Assembly (NCBI GenBank): GCA_016711485.1
Contig: JADJSX010000013.1
Coordinates: 86,889 to 150,888, forward strand
Source: Leptospiraceae bacterium
GTDB taxonomy: Bacteria; Spirochaetota; Leptospiria; Leptospirales; Leptospiraceae
DNA length: 64,000 nucleotides
Direction of reading: 5' to 3'
Part shown: positions 40,857 through 49,817 of the stretch, one piece after another
Position numbering within the stretch: position 1 is the stretch's first letter
Layout of the letters: each line of letters starts with the position of its first letter
Program-made: the position numbers and the translations under genes
Notes under the pieces: model-generated
Seen by the model: the letters and a program-made list of their open reading frames with translations, nothing else
What the model was told of the DNA's origin: nothing
Database searches by the model: none

Positions 40857-41690
40857 TTATACCCCTTTTTTGACTTTTACTTTAATTACACAATATCCAA
40901 GTTTTTCATTTCTCATATTTGCCCATTTCATAGCAATATCAGTTAAATGCTCAAACTCTTTTTCCCCGAATCTCTCGATTAATAATTCTCTTCGTCTTGC
41001 TAATTCATCTTTATAGTAATCTAAAACTTTTCTAGTAGATTCTTTTGTAATATCTCTAATTTCTAAAAGTTTAAATCCGATTTTTTCCAGAAGGTTAGGA
41101 AAATCTTTTACTTCATATAAAGAAGAGACTGATATATGTTTTTGCAAAATATTTTCATCCTCTTTCGTAAATGTTTCTAACCGAGTAAAATCAGCAATTA
41201 ATAATATAGATTCTGGTTTTAAAACTCGATGGGCTTCTTTCAATGCATCTATACCCATATGCACAAAAGATTCAAAAAACCAACCACCATCAAAAGAATT
41301 CGCTTCAAACTGTAACTTATTTGCATCAGCCACTAGAAATTTAGCTTTATGTTTAAAACCTTCTAGTTCAGCTACCTTATTGGCTTCGGTAGCTTGGTAT
41401 TGACTTGCTGTTACTCCAACAAGCTCACATCTTTTAGCTTCCACCAATCGAATTGCAGGAAGGCCGAATCCACAGCCTGCGTCATAAAATCGTTCTCCCT
41501 CTTTAATTTCAGTCCAGTTAATCATCATTTTAGTAAATCGAAGGGAAGCTTCAAACGGATTATCATCCAGATTGGTTTCATCTCGATACCCCGAGTGCAT
41601 ATGCCTTTTATGGATGATTTCCCAGAACATTGCTGTTATTGATTCATAAAACCTGCCGACTTCTTCTTGTTTATTTATTATATCTGTCAT
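40857..41690 (-). CDS. class I SAM-dependent methyltransferase
   Basis: Motif I YDAGCGFGLPAIRL, motif post-I ELVGVT and acidic FLVADANKL, the pattern of Rossmann-fold methyltransferases. Confidence 0.7.
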   Translation of the reverse strand: MTDIINKQEEVGRFYESITAMFWEIIHKRHMHSGYRDETNLDDNPFEASLRFTKMMINWTEIKEGERFYDAGCGFGLPAIRLVEAKRCELVGVTASQYQATEANKVAELEGFKHKAKFLVADANKLQFEANSFDGGWFFESFVHMGIDALKEAHRVLKPESILLIADFTRLETFTKEDENILQKHISVSSLYEVKDFPNLLEKIGFKLLEIRDITKESTRKVLDYYKDELARRRELLIERFGEKEFEHLTDIAMKWANMRNEKLGYCVIKVKVKKGV

Positions 41691-41735
41691 GCTTTTTAAG
41701 TTTATCCCCTTTCTTTCTGATTTTATCTGTAACTT

Positions 41736-42503
41736 TTACTTAGCTGTCTTTCCACCATCGACTGAAATCGCAGCTCCAACCACAAAAGAAGCATCCTCAG
41801 ACGCAAGCCACAAAGCCGATTTTGCAATTTCTTCCACATTTCCCATCCTACCTAATGCGTAAGATTTTAATCTATCCTTTTTCACTTGTTCTCGATCCTG
41901 TGCTCCTTTATAAAAAGTCTCATCCATTTCTGTCAGAACTCCTCCAGGGCAAAGTGCATTGATTCGAATTCCTTTTTTTCCATATTCAAAGGCTGTACTC
42001 TTGGTTAGCCCTAGGATTGCATGTTTAGAAGCTGAATAAGGAGCAAACTTTTCTTTACCTCGGAGACCTAATGCAGAGGACATATTTATGATTATCCCCT
42101 GTTCTTTTTTTAACATATGTTGTAATTCATATTTCATACATAAAAAAACTCCTGTGACATTAATCTGCATTACTTTATGCCATTCTTCTTCAGGGTAGTT
42201 AACTAAATCAGATTCGAGTCCAGCAGTCCCGGCATTATTAATCGCAATATGTAAATCACCGAATCGTTCCACTGTCTCTGAAATCAATGCAGATACTTCT
42301 TTAGAGTTACTTACATCCGTTTTTAAAAACAAAGCACGAGTGTGATTGGGATCTATTTCGTTTAAGGCTGATTGTCCTTTTTCTGAATTTGTACCGCAAA
42401 TAGCAACGTTAGCCCCTTCTTTGATAAAAGAAGAAGCTATAGCTTTGCCAATGCCCGAAGTCCCGCCTGTTACTAATACAACTCTATTTTTGAATCGTTC
42501 CAT
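41736..42503 (-). CDS. short-chain dehydrogenase/reductase (SDR) family oxidoreductase
   Basis: VVLVTGGTSGIGKAIA glycine motif, NNAG, and catalytic YSASK. Confidence 0.85.
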   Translation of the reverse strand: MERFKNRVVLVTGGTSGIGKAIASSFIKEGANVAICGTNSEKGQSALNEIDPNHTRALFLKTDVSNSKEVSALISETVERFGDLHIAINNAGTAGLESDLVNYPEEEWHKVMQINVTGVFLCMKYELQHMLKKEQGIIINMSSALGLRGKEKFAPYSASKHAILGLTKSTAFEYGKKGIRINALCPGGVLTEMDETFYKGAQDREQVKKDRLKSYALGRMGNVEEIAKSALWLASEDASFVVGAAISVDGGKTAK

Positions 42504-42506
42504 ACA

Positions 42507-43211
42507 TTATTCGCCCTTATGATACCAAATTAAATTTTCTTTCGCTTCCTTATCAATTTTTTTTAATAAACTATAATCTATTTCGTCTAGACTTCGAATT
42601 AAATACTTCACATTTGATTTTACCATTTCTTTTTTTTGAAATCCTGTCTTAAGGGAAGGTATACCAATGAAAGGAACCTTATGTTTCTTCGCTACCAGTG
42701 CGACTGTATTTGTTTCATCGATAAAAAGTGCCTGTTTATATTTTAAATTATAAACTTCCTTTATAATCTCTTTTACGCCCGGGCGCATAGTATTAGTTCG
42801 AATGTATTTTTCATCACTAAAAAAATGTGAATACTTAGACATATGTGTTGAAAAGTATTCCATTCCCGCGCCCCCATAGCCCAAAACTTTCAAATCTAGA
42901 AAGTGCATTAATTTTAAAAATTTAAGGATCCCTCTTTTTTTATTTATCACAAACTTTTTTTCTACTTTTGCTCTTTCTTCATAATAAATTTTTAGCACTT
43001 CATCAGAGGAAAGAGCCAGATGAAAATGATTATTTAAAAAAGAAGTAATATGTTCTTTGGATTGCGCAAATGCATTGTTTTCCACTTCGGCAGTATATTT
43101 TCCACCCCATTTTTTTACCATTGCTTCCAAAATGTGTCGGTAAATATTGTCTAATAGAACCCCATCAAGATGCACAAACACATATTCGATTACTTCCAGT
43201 TTTTTTGACAT
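42507..43211 (-). CDS. hypothetical protein, possibly HAD-like hydrolase fold
   Basis: FVHLDGVLLDN resembles HAD motif I and ALFIDETNTVALVAKKHKVPFIG resembles a later HAD motif. Weak. Confidence 0.4.
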   Translation of the reverse strand: MSKKLEVIEYVFVHLDGVLLDNIYRHILEAMVKKWGGKYTAEVENNAFAQSKEHITSFLNNHFHLALSSDEVLKIYYEERAKVEKKFVINKKRGILKFLKLMHFLDLKVLGYGGAGMEYFSTHMSKYSHFFSDEKYIRTNTMRPGVKEIIKEVYNLKYKQALFIDETNTVALVAKKHKVPFIGIPSLKTGFQKKEMVKSNVKYLIRSLDEIDYSLLKKIDKEAKENLIWYHKGE

Positions 43212-44542
43212 TAATAAATTTCTCGCTCTTCCATTAACCGTCCGTATCTACTAATCGCTTCTTTTAGATTTGCCTCATCTAAAGGCAAAACCGATGAAAT
43301 CACGAAACCAGCGAAATAATGCTCTTCTTGTTCGGGGTCAGGTTTAAACCATTTCATTTTACATTTGCCAGTTACAAAGCCAGCAATATCAAAATGCATT
43401 AAGAAATCTAAATCAGTACCTCGAATTGATTTTTCTAAAGGCTGTGCTCCTTCGGATTGAATCATAAATCCAGTTTGAGATAAATTTTCAACGCTACAAA
43501 TCCATTTCTTTGTAACGCCAGCTTCTTGGTATCGAATCGAAATATTATTTTTAAATTTATCAAGAATACGAAATCGCGGATCAATTTCATATTCTTGCTC
43601 TTGTTCTGACTTGGCATCTTTATATTTTGCAAGCGGAAGAATGGCGGCGATAACATTTACTTTGCATACTTCTAAGTTATCTTGGTAAGCCATAAATTCC
43701 ATATCACAAAATCGCCAGGCACCTGTGTCCTTATTTAGTTTGAGAGAATTAATTTTTGTTTCATACTTAACCGGTTTATTGAGAACAGAGTATTGAAAGT
43801 ATTCAGAATTCAATTTTAGTAAAGCGAATGTAATTCCTTCGAAGGGAACCCCGCCATATTTATGACAAATAGCAATATACATAAGTCGTGCCGCTTCCGT
43901 TAGTTCCATACCCGAATGATGTTTTAGATTAGGCGGCAAAAAGAACTTATGCTCTGTAGGCGTGAAAAGGTTTGCATAGAATTGATCTTTTTTAGCTAAA
44001 TCAGGAACTTTTTCTAATATGTCAGAAATCATTGCCTTCTCAACATTCTTGATATGCATATTTTTTAAATGAAACATTTGCAAAATCTTAATTTCATCTG
44101 CCTCTGAAACGTCGTCTTGCAATACGTATACAGATTGTTTTTCATCTAACGCATAAAACTGAAAAAGATATTGGCGCTCCTCTTCTGTAACCAAACCCTC
44201 AGCCATAAACCGATTGGCACTTTCCACATGCAATCTTTGCGGAATTGTTCGAAGAAGATAGGCGTCTCCATTCGGACCTTTTCTTTTTCGGTAATAGTTT
44301 AAAAGAAATTGGAACTCATCTTGCGTAACATTGGAGGCAATGCTGTCTTCAAATATAGGAATCGGAATTTGTTTCGGTAAAGCACGCCTGAGATTTGAAA
44401 GAAGAGAATCTTCCTGGTAATAAGTTCTTGTATAATGTTTATCAACGGGTAATACTTCGGGAATTCCTAATTTATTTGCTTTAACTACTTCTTCATTCAT
44501 TTGCCAATATCCCCTAAAGAAAACTATTATAGCAATGTTCAA
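43211..44542 (-). CDS. hypothetical protein (443 aa) with a possible C-terminal PilZ-like segment
   Basis: The C-terminal ...SIRYQEAGV...ENLSQTGFMIQSE loosely fits the PilZ RxxxR ... D/NxSxxG pattern. Low certainty. Confidence 0.4.
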   Translation of the reverse strand: MNIAIIVFFRGYWQMNEEVVKANKLGIPEVLPVDKHYTRTYYQEDSLLSNLRRALPKQIPIPIFEDSIASNVTQDEFQFLLNYYRKRKGPNGDAYLLRTIPQRLHVESANRFMAEGLVTEEERQYLFQFYALDEKQSVYVLQDDVSEADEIKILQMFHLKNMHIKNVEKAMISDILEKVPDLAKKDQFYANLFTPTEHKFFLPPNLKHHSGMELTEAARLMYIAICHKYGGVPFEGITFALLKLNSEYFQYSVLNKPVKYETKINSLKLNKDTGAWRFCDMEFMAYQDNLEVCKVNVIAAILPLAKYKDAKSEQEQEYEIDPRFRILDKFKNNISIRYQEAGVTKKWICSVENLSQTGFMIQSEGAQPLEKSIRGTDLDFLMHFDIAGFVTGKCKMKWFKPDPEQEEHYFAGFVISSVLPLDEANLKEAISRYGRLMEEREIY

Positions 44543-44691
44543 TATTGAAAAATAAAATACAATTTATTTTTAAGAATACAAATAAAAAATGTAATAAGTC
44601 AGTAATTTTTTTAGTAAAACATGGTTTTTCCTCTAAACAAAGAATTGTTACAGCAAACCAATTTTTAATTTCTTTTCAAGCTTGCATCACA

Positions 44692-45095
44692 ATGATAATC
44701 CTCATGGATAAAATTTTAGTAACAGGCGTAACAGGGATGATATCGGAGAAATCGCAGCAAAAGTTTTAACAGAAGAAGGACATGCGGGTAATACGTATAA
44801 CCTCGCTGGTTATGATTACGACAATTTAGAATTAGCTTCTACGTTTACAGAAGTTTTAGGAAAGCAGGTGAACTACAATGATATTGACCCAGAAGATTAC
44901 AGGAAAATGTTGCAAGAAAACAAAATGCCGAACTGGAAAATAGAAATCCTTCTCAAGCTAAACGCCGCATGGAAAGCAGGAAGCAGGCTAAAGTCAAACG
45001 AGGAAACAAAAACTCTACTAGGTCGTGAACCTAGAAGATTTGAAGCATTTCTCAAGACGAACAAAGAAAATTTTACTCAAAATCTTCCGGCTTAG
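44692..45095 (+). pseudogene. NmrA/atypical-SDR family NAD(P)-binding protein remnant (N-terminal Rossmann start fused out-of-frame to a C-terminal segment)
   Basis: MDKILVTGVTG is followed by a frame break and then ...IGEIAAKVLTEEGHAGNTYNLAGYDYDNLELASTFTEVLGKQVNY...KENFTQNLPA* in another frame. The ORF track shows two fragments (44545..44769 and 44868..45095). Confidence 0.55.
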
Positions 45096-45125
45096 AGCGT
45101 ATATCTGCAACATGCCAACCTTCTA
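45065..45125. repeat. ~65-bp dispersed repeat, copy 1 (conserved gene 3'-end module)
   Basis: gaaaattttactcaaaatcttccggcttagagcgtatatctgcaacatgccaacctt matches the copies at 45907 and 47198. Its minus-strand frame encodes EGWHVADIRSKPEDFE*. Confidence 0.6.
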
Positions 45126-45148
45126 TGAGAAATGGTAGATAAAAATAT

Positions 45149-45421
45149 ATGCTTTACAAAAAACCTTCTTTGCTAAGGATTAAAGGAAAGGTGGGTCAAA
45201 AAATGGAAGCATATAGAATTCAAACAAAGCTAGTTTCTGAAATCATAAAACTCCCGCAAATTACTAAATGGATTGGGCAAGAAGTAGAAATTATCATTCT
45301 TCCGATAAAAGAGGTAGAAACAAGCATCCTACAAAAAATAAATTCTCTCGTTGGAACTGTATTAGAATATATCGACCCTTTTGAACCGATAGAAGAAAAT
45401 TCCTGGGAAGCCCTACATTGA
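45149..45421 (+). CDS. putative antitoxin of a VapBC-like pair (true start possibly at the internal Met, MEAYRIQTKL...)
   Basis: Small ORF overlapping the downstream PIN gene by 4 bp, with the swapped-hairpin-like segment QEVEIIILPIKE. Confidence 0.5.
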   Translation: MLYKKPSLLRIKGKVGQKMEAYRIQTKLVSEIIKLPQITKWIGQEVEIIILPIKEVETSILQKINSLVGTVLEYIDPFEPIEENSWEALH

Positions 45422-45807
45422 TTGTAATAGATACTCATATTTGGATTTGGTTGGTTACGGAACAGTTTCATTTATTCACTGAAAAACAAAATAAATCCCT
45501 GAACGACAATAAAGAGAATCTTCTATTATCCTCAATTTCTCAATGGGAGATCGCAAAAAAAGTTGAAATGGGAAAACTGAAACTTTCAATGGACGTTTTA
45601 GATTGGATACAGTTAGCAATTCGGATATCCAAAATCAAAGTTATTGATTTAACACCTGAAATAGTAGTTCAATCAACTAAGTTGACCGATTTTCATAAAG
45701 ATCCAGCAGACCAATTAATAGCGGCTACTTCCCTCATAATGAGTTGCCCTCTTGTTACCTCTGATTCTAAGATTATTAGTCATAATTACATTAATACAGT
45801 TTATTAA
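45418..45807 (+). CDS. PIN-domain toxin (VapC-like ribonuclease)
   Basis: MIVIDTHIWIW (acidic Asp near the N-terminus), ...DQLIAATSLIMSCPLVTSDSKI (conserved D and TSD). Confidence 0.75.
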   Translation: MIVIDTHIWIWLVTEQFHLFTEKQNKSLNDNKENLLLSSISQWEIAKKVEMGKLKLSMDVLDWIQLAIRISKIKVIDLTPEIVVQSTKLTDFHKDPADQLIAATSLIMSCPLVTSDSKIISHNYINTVY

Positions 45808-45906
45808 TTACACCAAGCCCAACTAAAAATCCACATGCTAAAGTGCTTTATCTCAAGTTAACGTAAGAAAGATTTACCGCAAAGAAAAAAGCATACAACA
45901 GAAAAG

Positions 45907-45965
45907 AGAATTTTACTCGAAGTCCTCTGGCTTAGAGCGTTTATCTGCATCCTGCCAACCTTGCG
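45907..45965. repeat. ~65-bp dispersed repeat, copy 2, forming the 3' end of gene 45913..46404
   Basis: gaattttactcgaagtcctctggcttagagcgtttatctgcatcctgccaaccttg. The minus-strand frame encodes QGWQDADKRSKPEDFE*. Confidence 0.6.
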
Positions 45966-46404
45966 AGGTGAGGATAAGAACCTTTTGCCGTAGCCACTCG
46001 ATGGCAGTGCCGGAGGCTATTAGGTAGTAGCTGTCGTTTTGACAGAGTACATAGTCTAGGTTTTTGTTGGTTTGGCAACAGACAGTGCGCGGAAATTCGG
46101 AAAGAAAATGTACGAGGGATTGATCTTCTTCAAAAATAAAAACATTGGGTTGTTCACTCTTATCAAAAAGAATATAGGTTTCTCTTTGCTGGATAAATTC
46201 ATCCAACCATTCCCATGCATCTTGCTGACGGACACTATAACGAGGATGAATATTATGCCATATAGGAAAGTAACCATTTCCTTCCGTGAATTTTTCTCGG
46301 AATTTTTTTCGAAATAGGTTGCTTTCTTCTAGATTCAATTCTTGAATTCTAGATTTTACAATGGTAATCGTTTCATATATATTTTCTTTTATAAAATCAG
46401 TCAT
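45913..46404 (-). CDS. hypothetical protein (163 aa)
   Basis: ORF only; no recognisable domain. Its C-terminal 16 codons are shared with the two other repeat copies. Confidence 0.5.
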   Translation of the reverse strand: MTDFIKENIYETITIVKSRIQELNLEESNLFRKKFREKFTEGNGYFPIWHNIHPRYSVRQQDAWEWLDEFIQQRETYILFDKSEQPNVFIFEEDQSLVHFLSEFPRTVCCQTNKNLDYVLCQNDSYYLIASGTAIEWLRQKVLILTSQGWQDADKRSKPEDFE

Positions 46405-46672
46405 TTTCTTTCATTATATCTCTAAAGTAGGGCAAACAATCCATAAGAATATGCCCAACAATATTCTTTTTTCCTTCTGTCTGGTATCCAACATGAAATA
46501 AATCAGGACCATCATAGGTATGAGGCGCATCAATATTAACCTCAGAATTATGTTTTGATTTCCATTGAACTGGTCTAGATTTACCATATATATCTTTAGC
46601 CCATTTCGTTACTTTAAATTCTTCGATTGGAACATTTGTTCGTTTGAAGGCTTCTTTTAACGCATCATCCAA
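46397..46672 (-). CDS. hypothetical protein (91 aa), possibly the frameshifted continuation of 46719..47069
   Basis: The reading frame extends upstream without a stop (GYEFNKEDDLDWRGKAKTLDDALKEAFK...) to within a few bases of the stop of the upstream ORF. Confidence 0.35.
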   Translation of the reverse strand: MDDALKEAFKRTNVPIEEFKVTKWAKDIYGKSRPVQWKSKHNSEVNIDAPHTYDGPDLFHVGYQTEGKKNIVGHILMDCLPYFRDIMKEND

Positions 46673-46718
46673 AGTCTTTGCCTTGCCTCTCCAATCGAGA
46701 TCATCTTCTTTGTTAAAC

Positions 46719-47069
46719 TCATAACCCTGTTAGAACACCAAGTTCTTTGAAATAATTCTGACCATTCTCATCACAATTAAAAAGACGAATCCCTTTTACA
46801 ATCCAAAGTAAATCTACAAACTCTTTTCGCTCCCGATAAGTGAGCCTTTCTCTATTCTTTATTTTCTCTTGTGGAAAGAGTCCGGTCATTGAGCAGCAGC
46901 TTCCAAGTTTGCGTGTCGAAATGTGTTTTTCTTCTTCTGTTCCATTTCTTGCCATAGCCACGGGGGATTTAGACTGCTTTGGGGTTTCGGAATCGACCTG
47001 TAAATAAATGCCAATTCCAAACGTTAATGCCAAGGCAACCCCTGCAAGCAGAATCTTGAAAGGAAACAA
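46719..47069 (-). CDS. hypothetical secreted/membrane protein (116 aa), possibly the N-terminal part of a frameshifted gene
   Basis: N-terminal hydrophobic segment (FKILLAGVALALTFGIGIYL). Its stop lies adjacent to the open upstream frame of 46397..46672. Confidence 0.4.
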   Translation of the reverse strand: MFPFKILLAGVALALTFGIGIYLQVDSETPKQSKSPVAMARNGTEEEKHISTRKLGSCCSMTGLFPQEKIKNRERLTYRERKEFVDLLWIVKGIRLFNCDENGQNYFKELGVLTGL

Positions 47070-47197
47070 TTTCGGGGGTATTGCTCTATACCCGCTGCTC
47101 GTATTTGGAACTGGGAGTTTAGTAAGATATGCCAGAGTAAGGATAAAGTAAAATCGGCAAGTTTTAAGTAAATATATTTTTAGTAGTTAGGAGGATA

Positions 47198-47250
47198 ATT
47201 CTACTCGAAGTCCTACGGCTTAGATCTATTATCCGCAACAACCAACCTTG
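47198..47250. repeat. ~65-bp dispersed repeat, copy 3 (intergenic, degenerate, 1-nt deletion)
   Basis: aattctactcgaagtcctacggcttagatctattatccgcaacaaccaaccttgg. A frameshift relative to copy 2 indicates a decayed gene 3' end. Confidence 0.5.
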
Positions 47251-47435
47251 GGATGTTGGTTTCCAAAGCAAAGAATGGCAAAACAATCCTTTGGTTATCA
47301 ACGAGTTATTGTGCTGACAATAGAAGCAATTTTTATAAAAATGTATATCGATATAAATGAAGGCACACCTAAATCTCCTGAAATCATTTCTATCAGCAAT
47401 TCTGATTCAAAAAAGTGCGTTCGGTTCTACCAAAC

Positions 47436-47478
47436 ACTAAAAATAATTTCCTAAGGGGTAATTACTTTTAGTGTTTGG
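47436..47478. other. perfect 13-bp inverted repeat (CCAAACACTAAAA...TTTTAGTGTTTGG) with a 17-nt spacer
   Basis: Read directly. It lies in the ~680-bp region upstream of the GAF-PP2C gene. Confidence 0.6.
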
Positions 47479-47747
47479 TATATAATAGTTTCGGATCGTT
47501 TACTCCAATTCAGATTCCTTCTATCGTCCTGAAATTACTGCAACTTGTATTGTTTCTTTGTGGACATACATCCTATATGTTTTTTATTAGAGTCAATTTG
47601 GCAGTAAAACTTTTTTTGAGTTTTGGGTAGTTAAGTTCGTGTTGTGACTTCCGTCTATCTTCCATTTAGTTGTATGGAATATCCTTTTTAGACAGGCTCT
47701 TATAAAAAAATACTGTAATATTCTAGTAAGAAAAGGCGGATAACGTT

Positions 47748-49511
47748 ATGGAAATTTTCGAAGAGTTGTTTTCACAAAATCCAATCGGAATTTTAATCTG
47801 GTCGAAGACAGGGCAAATTAAATATATGAATCAATCTTTACTTGGTATTTTGAAATATAAAATTCCTCCTTCCCATTTACAAGATTGTGCCAGTAAAGAA
47901 GAAAACCTAAATGAATCGAATCTTTTAGGAATCCTACATAATACCAACAAAAAATTCAAAACGTATACGAAAGAATTTTTTACCGAAAACAAAGAATCCG
48001 TACGGGTAGATATAATGACCAGCCTTGTGAATTTCAAAGAGGATACTTATTATTACTCACAGATTCGAAAGCATAAATCCAATATTAGTCCAACTAAGAC
48101 AGAAACCTTAAAAAAACAAAATGAAGTCTTACTCAAATTAACCAAAAGTGAAACCATAGACAGCGGAGATTTGGAAGCATCGGTAAAAGAAATAACTGAA
48201 GCCGCAACAGAAGCTCTAGGATGCGAAAGATCAAGTGTCTGGTTTTATACCGCGGATAATCAATCTATACTCTCAATGGATTTATTTCAGAAAACGCAAA
48301 CTCTTCATTCCAGTGGAGCTGAACTTTTTGCAAAAGATTTTCCTGCCTATTTTAAATATCTTTCAGAGGAAAGAGTTCTCGGTGCGGATAACGCACATAC
48401 AGATCCAAGCACTCATGAATTTAGCAAAATTTATTTAACTCCACTGAACATCAATTCGATGTTAGACGCTCCTATCCGTCTTCATGGGAAGATGGTTGGA
48501 GTCATTTGCAATGAAACCGTTGGCGAATTTAGAAACTGGACACAAGAGGAATTAAATTTTTCCGCTTCTCTTGCAGATTTAATTTCGAGAGCTATCGAAG
48601 CACAGATTCGTAAAAAAGCAGAAGATGAAATTAAACAAATAAATGAAAACCTCGAATTAAAAGTAGAAGAACAAACAAAAGAAATCAGAGAATCACTAAA
48701 TCAAATTACTAAGTTAAAAGAATTTCAAGATGGAGATTATTTTTTAACATCTCTAGTATTAAATCCACTCATTGGAAATAAAAATTCTTCTAATATAATT
48801 CTTACAGATTTTATTGTGAAACAAAAAAAACAATTTCATTTTAGAAAATCGTCCGGACAGATTGGTGGAGATTTTTGCATAACAGAAACTCTTAGTTTTC
48901 AGAATGCCGAAAATCGTTATGTATTTTTCCTAAATGCAGACGCAATGGGAAAATCCATGCAAGGAGCAAGCGGAGCGATTGTTATCGGAACAGCCATTTT
49001 AAATATTCTCTGGCAGGCTAAGAACAAAGGCATGTCTAACTTATCCGCAGAAGAATGGCTTCAATTAACAGTTTTAGAATTGAATAATATATTTCTAACT
49101 TTTGATGGTTCTATGATTATATCAGCATTTTTTGGATTGATAGGTGAGACTAATCGTGATTTACTTTTCAGTAATTTTGAGCATCCACAGGCAGTTCTCT
49201 TTAGAGATGGGAAGGCTAGCTTTTTAGAGTTAAACAATCAACATGTCAAGTTAGGACTCCTATCCGTAGACACAGTTCCGATTGAACGAAAATTTTTACA
49301 GCCTGATGATATCCTGATTATAGGAAGTGACGGAAAAGATGATATCGAAATCAGCTCCAATAAGGAAGGTAGATCTATCAATGAGGATGAAACTGCGATT
49401 TTAGAGCTCATTGAAAAAAGTGGAGGAAACCTTAAAAAACTAGAAATTCTTCTAGAAGAAAAAGGAACTCTCATCGATGATTTATCCCTTATGAGCATAA
49501 GTATTTCCTAA
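47748..49511 (+). CDS. GAF-domain / PP2C (SpoIIE) serine phosphatase regulator (RsbU-like), 587 aa
   Basis: GAF region (GCERSSVWFYTADNQSILSMD...HGKMVGVICNE), a coiled linker, and a SpoIIE-like C-terminus (EFQDGDYFLTSLVLNPL...GGDFC...FLNADAMGKSMQGASGAIVIGTA...IGSDGKDD). Confidence 0.8.
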   Translation: MEIFEELFSQNPIGILIWSKTGQIKYMNQSLLGILKYKIPPSHLQDCASKEENLNESNLLGILHNTNKKFKTYTKEFFTENKESVRVDIMTSLVNFKEDTYYYSQIRKHKSNISPTKTETLKKQNEVLLKLTKSETIDSGDLEASVKEITEAATEALGCERSSVWFYTADNQSILSMDLFQKTQTLHSSGAELFAKDFPAYFKYLSEERVLGADNAHTDPSTHEFSKIYLTPLNINSMLDAPIRLHGKMVGVICNETVGEFRNWTQEELNFSASLADLISRAIEAQIRKKAEDEIKQINENLELKVEEQTKEIRESLNQITKLKEFQDGDYFLTSLVLNPLIGNKNSSNIILTDFIVKQKKQFHFRKSSGQIGGDFCITETLSFQNAENRYVFFLNADAMGKSMQGASGAIVIGTAILNILWQAKNKGMSNLSAEEWLQLTVLELNNIFLTFDGSMIISAFFGLIGETNRDLLFSNFEHPQAVLFRDGKASFLELNNQHVKLGLLSVDTVPIERKFLQPDDILIIGSDGKDDIEISSNKEGRSINEDETAILELIEKSGGNLKKLEILLEEKGTLIDDLSLMSISIS

Positions 49512-49817
49512 TATTCAGAAACGGTAGACGATATATCACTTCTCATAAATAAGCCCCCTACTTTTTACGAAAGCGGTATTCCCAATTGCCAAAAGAGAAG
49601 TTAGGCGATACGCTAAAGCTATTTAGTATAGAAGAAAACCTTTAAAGTAGAATTTTGAGGACTTGCAGTGATTTCTTGTAATGATAAATCGAGACTTTAC
49701 TGAATTAAATACGTGAATGATAAGTAAGATTTTTTTATAATTTCATGAATTTTTATTTACATTATTTTTTAGAAAAATTATAGAAGTAAAAACTATATTT
49801 TTCTGGGGGATTTTTCT

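Noticed and set aside
44545-44769. 74-aa ORF called in the ORF track
   Set aside because: Its in-frame ATG at 44692 begins the NmrA-like Rossmann start (MDKILVTGVTG), which belongs to a pseudogene. The long upstream extension has no support.
47248-47454. 68-aa ORF in the intergenic region
   Set aside because: It overlaps the degenerate repeat copy 3. It has no RBS and no conserved features.
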